In this document: positions 30,158 through 60,837 of the stretch, piece by piece | How the letters are laid out: the number at the start of each line of letters is the position of its first letter | Position numbering within the stretch: position 1 is the stretch's first letter | DNA from: the human T2T-CHM13v2.0 reference genome, Homo sapiens | NCBI RefSeq assembly: GCF_009914755.1 | Contig: NC_060946.1 | DNA length: 64,000 bases | Strand: one strand, 5' to 3' | Program-made: the position numbers and the translations under genes | Notes under the pieces: model-generated | Seen by the model: only the letters and a program-made list of their open reading frames with translations | Database searches by the model: none | What the model was told of the DNA's origin: nothing

Positions 30158-32991
30158 CTGCTTGGTCATTCAGCTGGTTGTAGCTCAGGTCCAGGGACTT
30201 CAGGTCTGTGTGGGCCAGCAGGAGTTCATCAAGGTGCTGGGCCACCTGCTCCTCCAGGCCATTCCCTGACAGCTGCATCTTCCGCATGGCCTGGTTCACT
30301 GTGAGGGCGGCACAGAGGGCCTGGGCTCCTGCCACTCCCAGCTGGTTCTCCAACAGGTCCACATCTGGGGGACGGAGCCACTCCTCAGCCAGTGGGATGC
30401 AAAGCCAGGTACCACCCCCCTCCCCCCTCTTCTGCCATCCCCCAAACCTCCAGGTCTGAGGCAGAGGAAAAGGACTTACAGGTTAACTGTCCTGGGGTTG
30501 CATGGTGGCTCTGGCTCCCAATGGCTGGGTCCCCTCTGCCCCTGACCTCCCCCTCCCTTTGTGCCCACCAGCTTCTGTGTCAAGCGGTTAAAACCGCCTA
30601 CCTCCTGGTACTGTAGAGACTGCTGTGGTGGGGGGCAGCCACCCCATCGATGATTATGTCTGGCAGTGATATCACCACCCACTTCAGAAGCCCTCACTGC
30701 CCCATTGCCAGGATTGGCAATAATAGCCCAGGTGACTGTGCATGGAGCACTTACATGGGTCACACACTCTGCTGATCACTTCAGGAGTGCATTTCACTTC
30801 ATGCTCACCACAGCCCCAAGCCTATGAGGTCTTGTGGGGGCCATTTCACAGATTGGAAACTGAGCTGCTTTCATAGGTCACCCCGTTTTCTCAGTGGCAG
30901 AGACAGCATTTGGATTCAGCTTCAATGAACTCCCACCTTGCCCACCCCTTTCTTGAACTTCCCCGCCCCCAACTCTCTGTGTTGCAGGACTTTCCACTCT
31001 GCATTCAGGCACTGGGGAGTCTCCCATGTGCAGGGCAGGGCAGGAGAATGGGTGCCAGCCAACAAGGAAGGAGAGTGGTGGGGTAGGGTGGATGAGGAAG
31101 GGACTTGTATCCAGCATCAGCTGCACAGCAGAGGGTCTAACTCCACCCCACATACCCCCTCCTGTGATGAGGCCCCTCCTCTATCCACCAGCAACACCAG
31201 CAGGACCCAGGTGACATGGCCCAGCTTTCAGGGGTGGAGGCACATCCCTGAGGAAAGGGAGGACTCACGCCTGCCCACCTGCCCCAGACCCAGCACCTAC
31301 CGCAGATGCTGCTGCTTTTGCTCAGGGCACCTGCCAGGGCCTCTGTACCTGCCCCATAGAGCCCACTGTCCCAAAAGTTCAGCCACTTGACATATGGATT
31401 GGAGCTCAATGAGGAAGCCAGAGACCGGCGCCCTGGGACAGACAGAGCAAACACACTGGCCACTATCCTGGCTCATGCTCCAGGGCTCAGCCCGCTCCAC
31501 GTCCCCCACCTGGAAAGTACCCCCCTTTCCACCTGCTTAAGGGACACATGCTTCTCCTTTTAGGCCCCACCTAGGTGTCCCCCACCCCCACCTCTCCCAG
31601 AGCCCCCAGCGGGTTAGAAGCCTGAAGGCTCCCCAACCCTTCATGCCATCTGTCATAGCATCAATCCCATCTGTCTCTCAGATGTCGAGGGTAGGGCATG
31701 CCTGGCACAGGCAGAAGCTGGGGAGTACAGGGGACAGACTCAGGGGCACTCCCATGGCTGTTGTCTCCCGGGGCCTCTCCCTGTAAGCCTGGACCCAGTG
31801 TCCTTCCAGTGGTACCTGGGGCCCCAGGCCACCGTGCAGCAGGTTCAGCTCTGGGGCACTCCCTTGGCACAGAAAGCAGAAGATGGGCACAATGCTATGG
31901 ATCCAGCAAGACCTCAGGTACAGGGTGTCCCCGACCAGTTCTCCAAGTCCATGGGTGCCTGGTAGGAGACAGGGGGATGAATGTGAACCCCTGCATGGCT
32001 ATAGCCACCTGCCTCCTCCCCTGCCCTGCATCACTACCTGGCCTATTTTTTGCCTCTAGAAGCACTGCTTCCTATGCTCCTTAGGACCACTGCCCGCATA
32101 TGACAGATAAGAACATCGAGGCTAAGGCAACGCAAATCTTTTCCTTAAAGTCATACAGCTGTCAAAAGAAAGCTGGACAACCTGGGCAACATAGCGAGAT
32201 AAAAAATTATTTAAATTAGCCAGATGTGGTAGCCCCCTGTAGTCTCAGCGACTCAGGAGGCTGAGGCAGGAGGCTCACCAGAGTGCAGAGTTCAAGGATG
32301 CAGTGAGCTATGATCCTGCCACTGCACTGAAAGCTGGGTGACAGAGCAAGACCCTGGCTCTAATAAATGAATACATAAAGTCTCACAGCTAGTGGTAGCT
32401 AATCCTGCCAGAGTCAGGCCTCTACCTGTCTGATGACAAATGGCACACTATGTCTTTTAACCTGATTGCAGACCACAAATGTTTTGTGAATATTTTCCCC
32501 AGGGAAAAAACCGGAAGTAGTTCTAAATTCTATACATCCATTATATTAGTTTTACCTGTGGATTGGGAAAACCCAGCTCTGATTGCATTTCAGGGCGGGA
32601 CAGCCTTTGGTGCACTGTCTGGCGGGATTTTCCATTTTAACCTCCTTCTAGAAGCGCCTTCTCATGGTAAAGTTCCTGATGCCGCCAGGAGCGCCGAGGA
32701 GAGGGCAGGGGGCTGGAGACGCCCCGCAGAGGGCTACGTGCCCTGCTGGACAGAGGTCTCCTGCCTCCTCGGCGGCGCCAGCCCACCTCCCACAACCCCT
32801 GCGGGAGAAGCCCCCAAGGGGAGGAGACGGGCCTGGCCCCTGCCCCGAGCACCTTCCGTCTCTAGGTCGGAGTCTGAATCGGCCTTGGGACCCTGCTTGG
32901 CTTCGGGGACCCCTGCAAGACGTCCACAGGCCGCCGTCGCCTCTTCCTCCTGCTTTTTATCCTCCCCAGACCTCTGGCAGGAACCGCTCAT
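30158..32991 (-). pseudogene. Truncated, frameshifted duplicate of the 5' half of an RNI-like LRR gene (LRRC74B paralogue), 4 exons
   Basis: Exons 32991-32853, 31958-31816, 31432-31301, 30364-30158, all with GT-AG sites. Peptides MSGSCQRSGEDKKQEEE...DSDLETEG, ELNLLHGGLGPQ, LASSLSSNPYVKWLNF and LKSLDLSYNQLNDQAG match LRRC74B as I recall it. Exon 3 is 1 nt short (132 nt), giving TGA at its 9th codon; no later LRR exons are seen. Confidence 0.85.
32172..32370 (+). mobile_element. Partial old Alu
   Basis: End of the left arm plus a diverged right arm. Confidence 0.8.
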
Positions 32992-33270
32992 CGTTACGCC
33001 CCTTTCGCAGCCTCAGACCCTGAGGCGGAGACCGCTTGGCGCCTCACTTAGAGCGCGACCCGGGGATGTGGGCGGAGTCTGCGGCTGCGCTGACCAATCG
33101 AGTGTGGCGTCCATCGACTGGCGTCTGCCACGGCAATTAGCGACGCGCTCCCCCGCGGCGGTCGCCCCGGCAACCCAGTGCTGTAGGTTGCCGTAGAAAC
33201 CGTGGCTCTCCTGCGCTGAGGCTCCTCGCCTGAGAGGATAAACTGCACGCGCCACGGGCTATGCACTGGG
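32980..33270 (-). promoter_or_regulatory. CpG-rich promoter of the LRRC74B-like copy, with GC box, CCAAT and two RFX X-boxes
   Basis: GGGCGG 33070-33075, CCAAT 33094-33098, GTCGCCCCGGCAAC 33161-33174, GTTGCCGTAGAAAC 33187-33200. Confidence 0.7.
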
Positions 33271-33948
33271 CTGGGCGCCTTGTGGGCATCCTCCCTGCCT
33301 TCCTAGGGGGTTCCAGCATCGCCCCCCTTTCGTGGACTGGGAAACACGCCTGACTCCAGGACTTGTGTTGTCCTCACTGCACTGGGGAAGGTGGCGGGGG
33401 CAGCTTTTCAGGAGGGCCTGGGGAACTTCGCAGAGCCAGGTCACCCTCTCACTCTGTGCCTCTTAGTTATCTTGCATGCTCTGGTCTTTGCATACGCTGC
33501 TCCCTGCACCAGGAACCTCCATCCCCATCTTTGTCTGCTTGTCGAACTTCAGAAATCTGCAAGGGTCAGCTTAGAGGTCACTTCTTCCGGAAGCTTTCCT
33601 CAACACCCTCCCCGCCCTGCTGCTGCTGCCCTCAGGCCCTCCTCTCACAGCACTGATAACAGCTGTCCGTCTCCACCCTCCCACCACCTCCACTCCCACC
33701 CCAGGAAGTGAGGCCAGAGGGCAGGGACAGAGCTGCTGCTGTTCTCTGTGTGCCAGGGCCCAGCAAAGGGAATGTAGGGAGGGTGGGAGGTGCAGGGCAG
33801 CTGGGATTAGGGGTTGAGGGCTGGGTGTTGGAGGCTGGATCTGGATCCTGCTTTAGTGGAAGTGTCCCTTTAACAGCAACTGGCCTGGCCTGGCTCGGGC
33901 CCTGCTTTGCCTCCTGTTCAGCTGCGGCTGCAGCTGCCATGCTGACTC

Positions 33949-45376
<11,428 letters not shown>

Positions 45377-47813
45377 CCGTTCCCTGCTGGTTGAGAGTTG
45401 GGGGCTGGGAAGGGCGGGGCCCTGCCTGGGGATCTCAAGGATGAGGCCCCAGCATGGAGGATTGGGGGTAGAATTCCACCCTTGAACCCCAGCAGACAGT
45501 CCCTCCCCTGACTCCCACCTTGGTAGGGTGCTGCCTCAGGGAGCCATAGAAGTCGGCTGTGTTTTGAGACGGCGACAGAACCTGACCCGTGGAGACTGGG
45601 AGAGCCCAGCAGGCACCTGTATTGCAGGGCTCCGACTGCATGTGGCAGGGGCTCCTGCTGCGTCTGGGCCTGGAGGTCTCTCTCCCAGTGCTCTGTCCCC
45701 AGTGTTCCTAGCAGAGGTATGCTTACCAGCTGTCAGCACAGACCCTCCTGCTGCCTGGGTCCTGGCCCTCCTCCCCCATCTGCACCCCCATCATAGGTAG
45801 AGACCCCACCCTCCCATCGGTCCTACATGGGGCTGTGCAGCTGGAGCCAAAAAGGCAAGGTAGAAAGAGGAGTGATGGGGGAGGGGGATTGTTTCAGCTT
45901 CTCTGGTGCTGTGATGCCCCAGGAGAGTCCTAATCTAGGGAATGGGGTGGAGTAGGCAGATAATCCACCTCCCTATCCCCCAGGCAAGGGCGGAGCATGT
46001 GTCTTGGGCCCACACCTGCTTAGTTTATGAGGACCGGCTGCTTTCCAGTGGTAGCCCTTTTGCCATGGAGGTCTGGGAGAGAGAGCAGAGGGCGGCAGGG
46101 CTAAGTTGGTGATCACTGGGTTCTTCAGGACCTTCTATATCCCTCCTCGGTGACCCCCCAGCCCAACCCCTTGGAATCTTTCCTCCAGGCTTCCTGAGAG
46201 CCCTGGGGGTGGGAGGCTGTGGGAGGCTGTACATCTGAAATTCACTTCAGTCCAAGTCATACCTAGGAAGCTGTCTGGGCAGCTGCTCGAGGGAGGCCCT
46301 GGCTCTGATCCCAGGCTGGATGGAGTGGCTGGAAGGAATGGTTCCAAACAACACCACCGAGATCTCCCTCAGGCTGGCCAGGTTTTGCAGCTGGAATTCT
46401 CCTCTTGGTCCCAGGGCGGGGCAGGGAATTCTAAGTGTCCACCCCAGGGAGGCAAGGGGCTGCTTTCCACTGTGGGTACCTGGTGATCAGGGCAAGCTGT
46501 GGAGGGCCAGGGGTGGGGCTGAGACTGGGCTGACATCTAGAATCACCTGCCACCTGGAGCCTCAGTAAAATGCCTGGGGTCCCTGCTGCCTCTCAATCTC
46601 CAGAGCCATGTCCATGGGGAGGTGGGCTCTGAAGGGCGAAGGTGGGAGAGCAGGGCCCCTGAGGCCTGGGTATCCAAGGAGGGGCACGTGCACCTGATTC
46701 TCCTTGGGGCCCAGAGGAAGCTGATGTCATGGCTGGACAAAGTCACGGAGTAAAGCCAGCAAAGCCACCCTCTTCCTGTGTAGTCCTTACAGGCATGACT
46801 GGAAAGTTGGGGGGCATCTATGGTAGACATGGCACAGCCATGAAGAGACCAGTGGGGTGGTGCAGGGTGGACTTGGGGACCCTACCCCTGAAGACTGAGG
46901 CCCTGCAGCTACCAGGTGGGCTAGAAGGTAACTGGAACAGGCCTGGGCACTTGTGCACCCATGTAGGAGCATGAGGGCCACACTCTTTTCACCTCAAAGC
47001 CCTTGAAGAGTGGGCAAAGACAGCAAGAGAGCTGCAGCCTGGGCCCGAGCTCAGAAACAGCTGTCGCCTCAGTCTGCGCACAGGCATGCACCCCAGGGTA
47101 GTGCCTGCAGGGATGCATGTGTCCCCGTGGGGGTGCCTGTGCCAGGCAGGCCTCAGGTGCATGCCATGCTCAGAACCCTGCTGCCCTTTCTAGGCAGCCT
47201 CCTTGGGGCCCAAGCTCTGCTCCCTGGATCTGCCACCTAGCAGACGTGGGGAGCCTGACCCCATGCCTGTCATGGAACCCTCCTTGCCTGGTGTGTGTGG
47301 CTCCCCTCTTCACTGGGCACCTGGATCCAGGCCTACCTGTGTCCCTGACTCAGGGTGGTCCCAGGACTGGCACCTACTCTTTAGAGAGCCCCAGCATCTT
47401 TGATGTGGATTGGAGACAATTGCCTGGTTCCCTGGGGCAGGTGAAGACTTGGTGCCACAAAGAATGCCACAGTGGATACGCCAGCAGGCCACATGGCTGG
47501 CCAAGCAATTATTATTATGGATCCCTTGGGCTGTGGGCCTTCCCATCCACCCCACCACAACTGCCCAGGTAGCTGGAGCTGATCATAAACAAGAAGGCTC
47601 TGGGCAGAGTCCATGGCACCAGCACCAGCCAAGGCCCACTCCTGAAGACCCGAAGCCCAGCCCCTGGATGAAGGTCCTAAGGTCCTGAGGACTCCCCAGC
47701 CTGTGCAGGCCTGCAAACCCAGGCTGCCCACAACAGAAGGGGCTCTCGGCTTGTCTGGCCTCTCTGGCCTCCCAAGCAGGTGTGGGAGGGCGGGGCAAGT
47801 GTGGGCTGATCAG

Positions 47814-50571
47814 CTACTCCATATGGCCAGGGTCCTGTGCTGGTGCCTGGCTGGGGGGCTGCATAGCCTGCACTGTCTCCTCCAGGCTGCCCCTGGGGAA
47901 TACCACGTAGTGTGTGGAGTTCAGCCCTGGCAGCTCCCGCTGGTTCTCCTTGCTATGCCGGATGCCATAGCCGAAATACACTGCAAGTCCTAGACAGGGC
48001 AGGAGGCAGGGCATGAGCCTGAGGTACAGGTTCCAGCCCTTCCTGTCCTCTTTGCCCTCCTCCTGACCCCGGTCCCAGCCTGGCCCCCACTCACCCATCA
48101 GCAGCCAGATGGAGAAGCGCACCCAGGTCAGATAGCTAAGTTTCAGCATGAGGCAGATGTTGAGGACGATGCTCAGGGCTGGAATCAGGGGAACCATGGG
48201 GATCTGAGGAGGCAGAGGCAGGGCAGGGCTGGGCCGGGCTGCAGGAAAGATCTGCCAGCCCAGGGCTCACTTTCTCGGGAATCCATAGAGCCTTTGTTCC
48301 TCACGGGAGATTGTGGAGACATGTGCTCACTCACCATGCAGAAAGGGGTGCGGGATGGGTGTGTGGTCCTCCCCAGCCCCGTGAGACTTGTTCATTCTGG
48401 GATGGTAGTGGGGGAAGGGGAGGCAGCTGCCTGGGCCGAGTGTGAGTGGGTGTTGGCTAGGGGAGGTACCTGAAATAAGTCTTCCCGATACTGTTGCTGG
48501 TGAGCCCCCAGGACAAGGAGGCTGAGCAGAAACATGACACTGGTGAGCAGGAGCAGCAGGATGTAACCCCAGTGTGGGAGGTGCAGGGTCGAGTTCCCAA
48601 AGACAAGCACGCAGCCTATGGTGATGGCTGAGGCCAACATAACGCCAAGCGCCCAAGTCACCACTGCTCCAGGGCTGTACCCATCCAAGAAGCCCAGGTA
48701 GGGCCTCAGGGCTGGCTTCAGCTCCCCTGGCTCAGGGACGGAGGCGTGTACAGTGCCCACCAGCTGTAGGTGGTCTGAGAAGGAGCTCTGCTGCTTGGTC
48801 AGGGGGCCAGGGCTGGCTGGGCCTGGGGAGCTGGGCGGGGAAGACTTCTGGAAGCGCAGCACAATGATACTGGTGGCCACGAATGTGTAGGCCAGGAGTG
48901 TGCCAAGGGACAGGAACTGAACCAGCGACTCCAGGTCCAGCAGCAGTGCCAGGAAGGCCGTGAGGAGCCCGAACGCCAGGGTGCCCGCCACAGGCACCTG
49001 TGTCCGGGGGTGCACATGGGCAAACACCTGGAAGAAGAGCCCATCGGCGGCCATGGCATAGACAATGCGTGGCAGGGAGAAGAGGAGGCTGAGCAGGACG
49101 GTGTTCATGGCTGTAGCAGAGAGAGTGGGGAGGGTCAGCATGGCGGAGAAGCCCACCAGGGGCCTCTGCTGGGGGTCGGTGCATGGGTGGCTCCTTGGGA
49201 ACAAGGGCATGAGCTTGTCTGGGCTCTCAGAGTAAGCATGAGTTTGTGTAGGAGTAATAGATTGTCAGCGCTTTGCCCAAGAACAGGACATCTGGGTTAG
49301 GTCACAGGCCCACTGGAGCATCGGATGAGGGCTGAGTCCCTCTGCCTAGGAAATAATCTATAAGGACATGCCCAGAACTAATATGCTATGGACCATGTGT
49401 GGGGCGGTCCCTTCCAAAGTTTCTGAAGAAACTTTTTTTGAAGTGAAGAGTTTCTAATAATTAGCACTTTCCTTGCCCCATTATGCAACTAGTAAAACAG
49501 CCCCAGTTGAAGGTGCATTCCCCAAGAATCTGAGGACAAGGTCCCCCTTGCTCTTTTCCCTGCCACCCTGCCCAGGAAGAGTCTCTCACCGCAGATGGAG
49601 CCAGCTGCCACGATGAAGCCAGCCCACCTGTAGCCCCGCTGGTAGAAGGCATCTGCAAGCGCTGAGTCGGGGTCCAGGCTGTGCCAGGGCACCATGAGGG
49701 TTAGCACGGTGGAGACAAGGATGTAGGCACCAGCTGCAATGGCAAGCGAGATGGCGATGGCCAGAGGCACAGACCGCCGTGGGTTCTGGGCCTCCTCACT
49801 GGAGGCGGCAATGACGTCGAAGCCCACGAAAGCATAGAAGCAGGAGGCAGTGCCGGCCATGACGCCGGAGAAGCCGAAGGGTGCAAAGCCGCCTTCGTCA
49901 GCGCTCCAGTTGTGAGGCTGGGCCAGGATGAAGCCCAGGATGACAATGAAGAGAATGACAAGCAGGCTGATGGCCGAGAAGGTGTGATTGAGCCAGGAGG
50001 ACACGCGGGCTCCACAGGAGACAAAGGCAGAGGCCAGGAGGATGATGCCAGCAGCCAGGAAGTCCGGGTAGTGGCCCAGGAGGGGCACCTGCCAAGAACC
50101 CACGTGGGTCTCAGTGAAGTTGCGGATGCTGTGGCTGAACATAGAGTCCAGGTAGCCACTCCAGGCACGGGCCACGGCGGCGCCACCGATGATGTATTCG
50201 AGGAGAACATTCCAGCCGATGAGGAAGGCCCACAGCTCGCCCATGGATACGTAGGTGAACAGGTAGGCAGAGCCCGTGCGTGGCACACGTGCCCCAAATT
50301 CTGCATAGCATAAGGCTGCCAGCAGGGAGGCCACAGCGGCCACACCGAAGGACAAGAGCACAGCAGGGCCAGCCACCTCCTTGGCCACGGCACCTGTGAG
50401 CACGTAGAGACCCGAGCCCACCATGCCACCCACGCCCAGAAGAGTCAGGTCCAGCGTGGACAGGCAGCGCCGCAGTGACGTCTCCATGGTGGAGTCCTCC
50501 AGCGGCTTCAGGCGGTTCAGCTTCTGGCATAAGCGTGCCAGGCTAGCAATGGTGGGCAGCCCCCGGGCCAT
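47814..50571 (-). CDS. SLC7A4: Cationic amino acid transporter 4 (CAT-4), APC superfamily, 635 aa, 4 coding exons
   Basis: Coding exons 50571-49590, 49110-48470, 48203-48095, 47989-47814; total 1908 nt. Motifs LRRCLSTLDLTLLGVGGMVGSGLYV, CYAEFGARVPRTGSAY, FYAFVGFD, PRIVYAMAADGL, YFGYGIRHS. A non-coding exon 1 probably ends at the donor at 51290 and splices to the acceptor at 50611. Confidence 0.97.
49199..49220. promoter_or_regulatory. p53 response element GAACAAGGGC-AT-GAGCTTGTCT in an SLC7A4 intron
   Basis: Two RRRCWWGYYY half-sites (first with 2 mismatches, second perfect) with a 2-nt spacer; an extra perfect half-site GGACATGCCC lies at 49364-49373. Confidence 0.65.
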
Positions 50572-50959
50572 GGCAGGTGGCTGAGAAGAGCACCGAGCCA
50601 GCTACTGGAACCTGCTAGGGCCAGAGGGGAATGACAGGATGCGTAGCCGGGGCCTGACCAGCCTTCCATCCCTCCTGGTCTGACCACCCCCAGTCCTCTC
50701 TCTGTCCCTGACCTGGGGACCTGGACACCCTCACCAGGGGCCTGCTGGAGAGCTGGAATGGGGCAGGTGTCAGAACCTGTGGGCAGGAGGTCACAGGAAG
50801 CCTGGAGGCCCTGTCTGCATCCCAGGCAGCAAAGGAGGCCTGGTGAGGCCCCACCTGCTCACCCGCTCGGTGGCCCTGAGGGGTGGGGAGGGAGCAGCTC
50901 CAGGGGGAGCAGGGTGAGAGGCTGGGAACGGCTCAGTGGTGGGGTCCCAGAGCCAGGTG

Positions 50960-51480
50960 AAACCGAGGCTTCCCCAGAGTCGAGCCGGACCCGGAACAGG
51001 AGCCGCGGCTCTGCGTCGGGGCGGGTGTGGCCCAGGCAGCCACCTGGCCACAGACAGACAGTGGCGGCTACATACACCCCCGCCCCTGCACCCGTGGCCA
51101 GGCTGGGGTATCCGCGCGCCAGGCGGAATGCAGGGGCGCCCTGGGCCCGCACACCTCCCCATGTCCGACACGCCGCTGCTGCTAGAGCCTGCTCCGCCGC
51201 GCCCCCGTCCCCGGACACCTGCGCCTTCGCCTGTTCTTGGGCCTGAGCCCGTCCCAGTCCCCGTCCCCGCAGGATCTGCTGCAACCCACCTGCTGCTGCC
51301 GCAGCCGCTGCCTCCGCTCTGAGCACTGAGCCCGCCCAGTTCGCCGGCGCCGAGCGCAGGGCCCGCCCCCATCCCAGGCCCCCCGCGCGGCCCCACCCGC
51401 TGCCACACACCCAGATATTTCACCCTGCCCACTCTGCCCGACCTCGCAAGGTCGTTACCGGAGCTCACCGGGGTCTAGGG
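50960..51480 (-). promoter_or_regulatory. SLC7A4: SLC7A4 CpG-island promoter and non-coding first exon
   Basis: CpG-dense; GC boxes at about 51330-51400; donor CAG|GTGGGT at 51290. Confidence 0.8.
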
Positions 51481-52789
51481 AAGCCCTGTGACTGTGACTC
51501 AGTCACAGATGGAGAAGGTCAGACCGCCGGCTAACTGACTAGCCTAGGTCAGTTCGGGGAGGTTAAGGGCCACGTCTGAAAGTCCGCAGCCCACCTTCTT
51601 TCTACTGCAGCGGACACCCTTCTTGATCCCTCACCCCAGTACATGAACCCCACCCAGCTGGGCCCCAGACAGGCCCCACAGCACCGTCATGTGAGCTTCA
51701 GGCACAGTGAGTTAGATGAAGACATGGGTCTGGCAGAGTGGCCTGGGGCGGTCCCTGACCTCTACTCTTAGAATGGAAGAGACTGCAGCCTTTTGAGAGA
51801 GTTCTGCGAATTGAGGGAATGCATTCTGGCTGTTTTGAGCCTGCAGCTACCACGTCCTGCAAGGAAGCAAGCAGCTTCTGGGACCAGCCTGCAGCCCTCC
51901 TGTGGGGGAGTAGAGCTCCTCAGACCCCAGTGGCAGCCCTTCCTAGCCTAGGCACCTCTGGCAGGCCGGGAGGGCCCTATGGGACCCCAATAGCAGATCC
52001 CCACTTGTGTTTATCAGCGACAGCCACTGTGTCCTGAGTACTGCATTCCAGTGCCCCACGCCCCAGGCAGGCAGCTATGCAACAATACACCTGGCTAATT
52101 TTTTAATTTTAATTTTTTTAGAGACTGGGTCTCACTATGCTGCCCGGGCTGGTCTCGAACTCTTGGCCTCCCAAAAGGCTGTGATTACATTCATGAACCA
52201 TGGCTCCTGGCCTCCCCAGAACGCTATACTAGACATGTGTTCAGGCTTACATGTGGTTTGTGGAATGGAATCTTAGGAGCATCTGCAGCCTATCCAGCCT
52301 ATTGGGCTGGTGACAGGATGATGGACTCCCAGACAAGATGGTGCCAATTTGGAACATTCTGCCTCGGCCAGAATGCCAATACCTTCTAATATTTGGCTGG
52401 TATTGTCTTGAGGAACTTCTCAGATGGCTCCCACTTCCGGTGGGATGGTAGCTTCCTTACCCCATCCCTGTGTTGCCTGAGCAGACGTCCCTTGTCCTGA
52501 AATGTCACCACAAAAGTCTAGGCACTTCAGGCCAGAGGGTTAGGCAGATTTGTAATGGGAGCTCCCCAAAGGCCTTACCAATGACTGCCTTATTGCTGGT
52601 GTCCAGTGTTTTGGAGTGTTGACTTTTTATCTACCTGGAGAAGGTGTGACACCACACCCTCTGCCACAGGCACCAACATACAACGGATATGTGAGACTAA
52701 GCAGGGCTGATGCAGTAAATTGTACATTTCCAGAGATATTTCCCTCACTACTGAGTGAGACAGCTACACAGAGCAACCCCACAGTGATG

Positions 52790-54030
<1,241 letters not shown>

Positions 54031-54214
54031 ACTTTATTAGCTGGGAATGGTGGTACACGCCTGTAGTCTCAGTTACTCAGAAGGCTGAGTTGGGAGGATG
54101 GCTTGAGCCTAGGAGGCTCAAGGCTGCAGTGAGCTTGATCATACCTGTGAATAGCCTCTTCACTCCAGCCTGGGCAACATAGCAAGACCCTGTATCTAAA
54201 AAAAAAAAAAGTTG

Positions 54215-54700
54215 AGTTTTCAGAGCAGTTTTATGTTCACAGCAATATTGAGCAGAAAGTACAGTTCCCATATACTTCTGCTCCCACACACGTGTAGCCC
54301 CCTCTCCCACTACTGACATCCAGCACCAAAGGGGCATATTTGTTACAATCGATTAACCTACATTGACACATCATTATCACCCAAGGTCTATAGTTTACAT
54401 TAGGGTTCATTCTTCCGGTTGTACATTCTATGGGTTTGGACAAATGTGTAATGACACATAGACACACCATTATTGTATCACACACAGTAGTTTCATTGCC
54501 CTAAAAACCCTCTGTGCTCTGCCTGTCCCTCCCTGCTAACACCTGGCAACCACCGATCTTTTTCCTGTCTCCATAGTCTAGTCTTACTTTTGCAGAATCT
54601 TATATAGTTGGGATTATAGAGTATATTGCCTTTTCAGGCTTCTTTCCCTTAATAATATGCATTTGAGATTCCTCTATGACTTTTCATGGCTGAATAGCTC
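54215..54700 (-). mobile_element. L1M 3' end fragment
   Basis: Typical L1MB/MC 3' UTR text (catcattatcacccaaggtctatagtttacattagggttcattctt). Confidence 0.7.
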
Positions 54701-54704
54701 GTTT

Positions 54705-55007
54705 TAATTTTATTTTTTATTTTTGAGACAGAGTCTCACTCTGTCGCCCAGGCTGGAGTGAAGTGGAGTGATCTTGGCTCACTGTAGCCTCTGCCTTCAG
54801 GATTCAAACGATTCTCATGTCTCAGCCTCCCGAATGGCTGGGGACTGCAGGCGTGCACTGTCACACCAGGCTAAATTTTGTATTTTTAGTAGAAATGGGG
54901 TTTTCCCATGTTGGCCAGGTTAGTCTCAAACTCATTTCCTCAAGTGATACACCTGCTTCAACCTCCCCAATGTGCTGGGATTACAAGCGTGAGCCACCCA
55001 ACCAGGC
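54705..55007 (-). mobile_element. Alu
   Basis: Two-arm Alu. Confidence 0.85.
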
Positions 55008-55009
55008 CT

Positions 55010-60510
<5,501 letters not shown>

Positions 60511-60519
60511 TAAGTTATT

Positions 60520-60785
60520 ATTATTATTTTTTGAGACTGGGTGTTGCTCCATTGCCCAGGCTAAAGTATAGTAGTGGGACTGTAGCTCACTGCAGCCTTG
60601 AACTCCTCTTGCCCCAGTATCCTGAGTAGCTGGGGCAATGCCTGGCAAATTTTTAGAAAAATTTTCTTGTAGAGTGGAGTCTTGCTATGTTGCCCAGGCT
60701 GGCCTCAAATTCTGGGCCTCAAGCAACCTCCTGTCCTGGCCTCCCAAAGTGCTGGGATTACAGGTGGGAGCCACTGTGCCCAGCT
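60520..60785 (-). mobile_element. Diverged Alu next to the duplication breakpoint
   Basis: Alu arms with internal deletions. Confidence 0.8.
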
Positions 60786-60837
60786 ATAAATAATTTTTTA
60801 CTGTTTTAATTTTTATTTTTGACTGACTCATTGCTAG

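Noticed and set aside
50758-51468. Several 130-225 aa ORFs at the SLC7A4 promoter
   Set aside because: GC-rich island artefacts.
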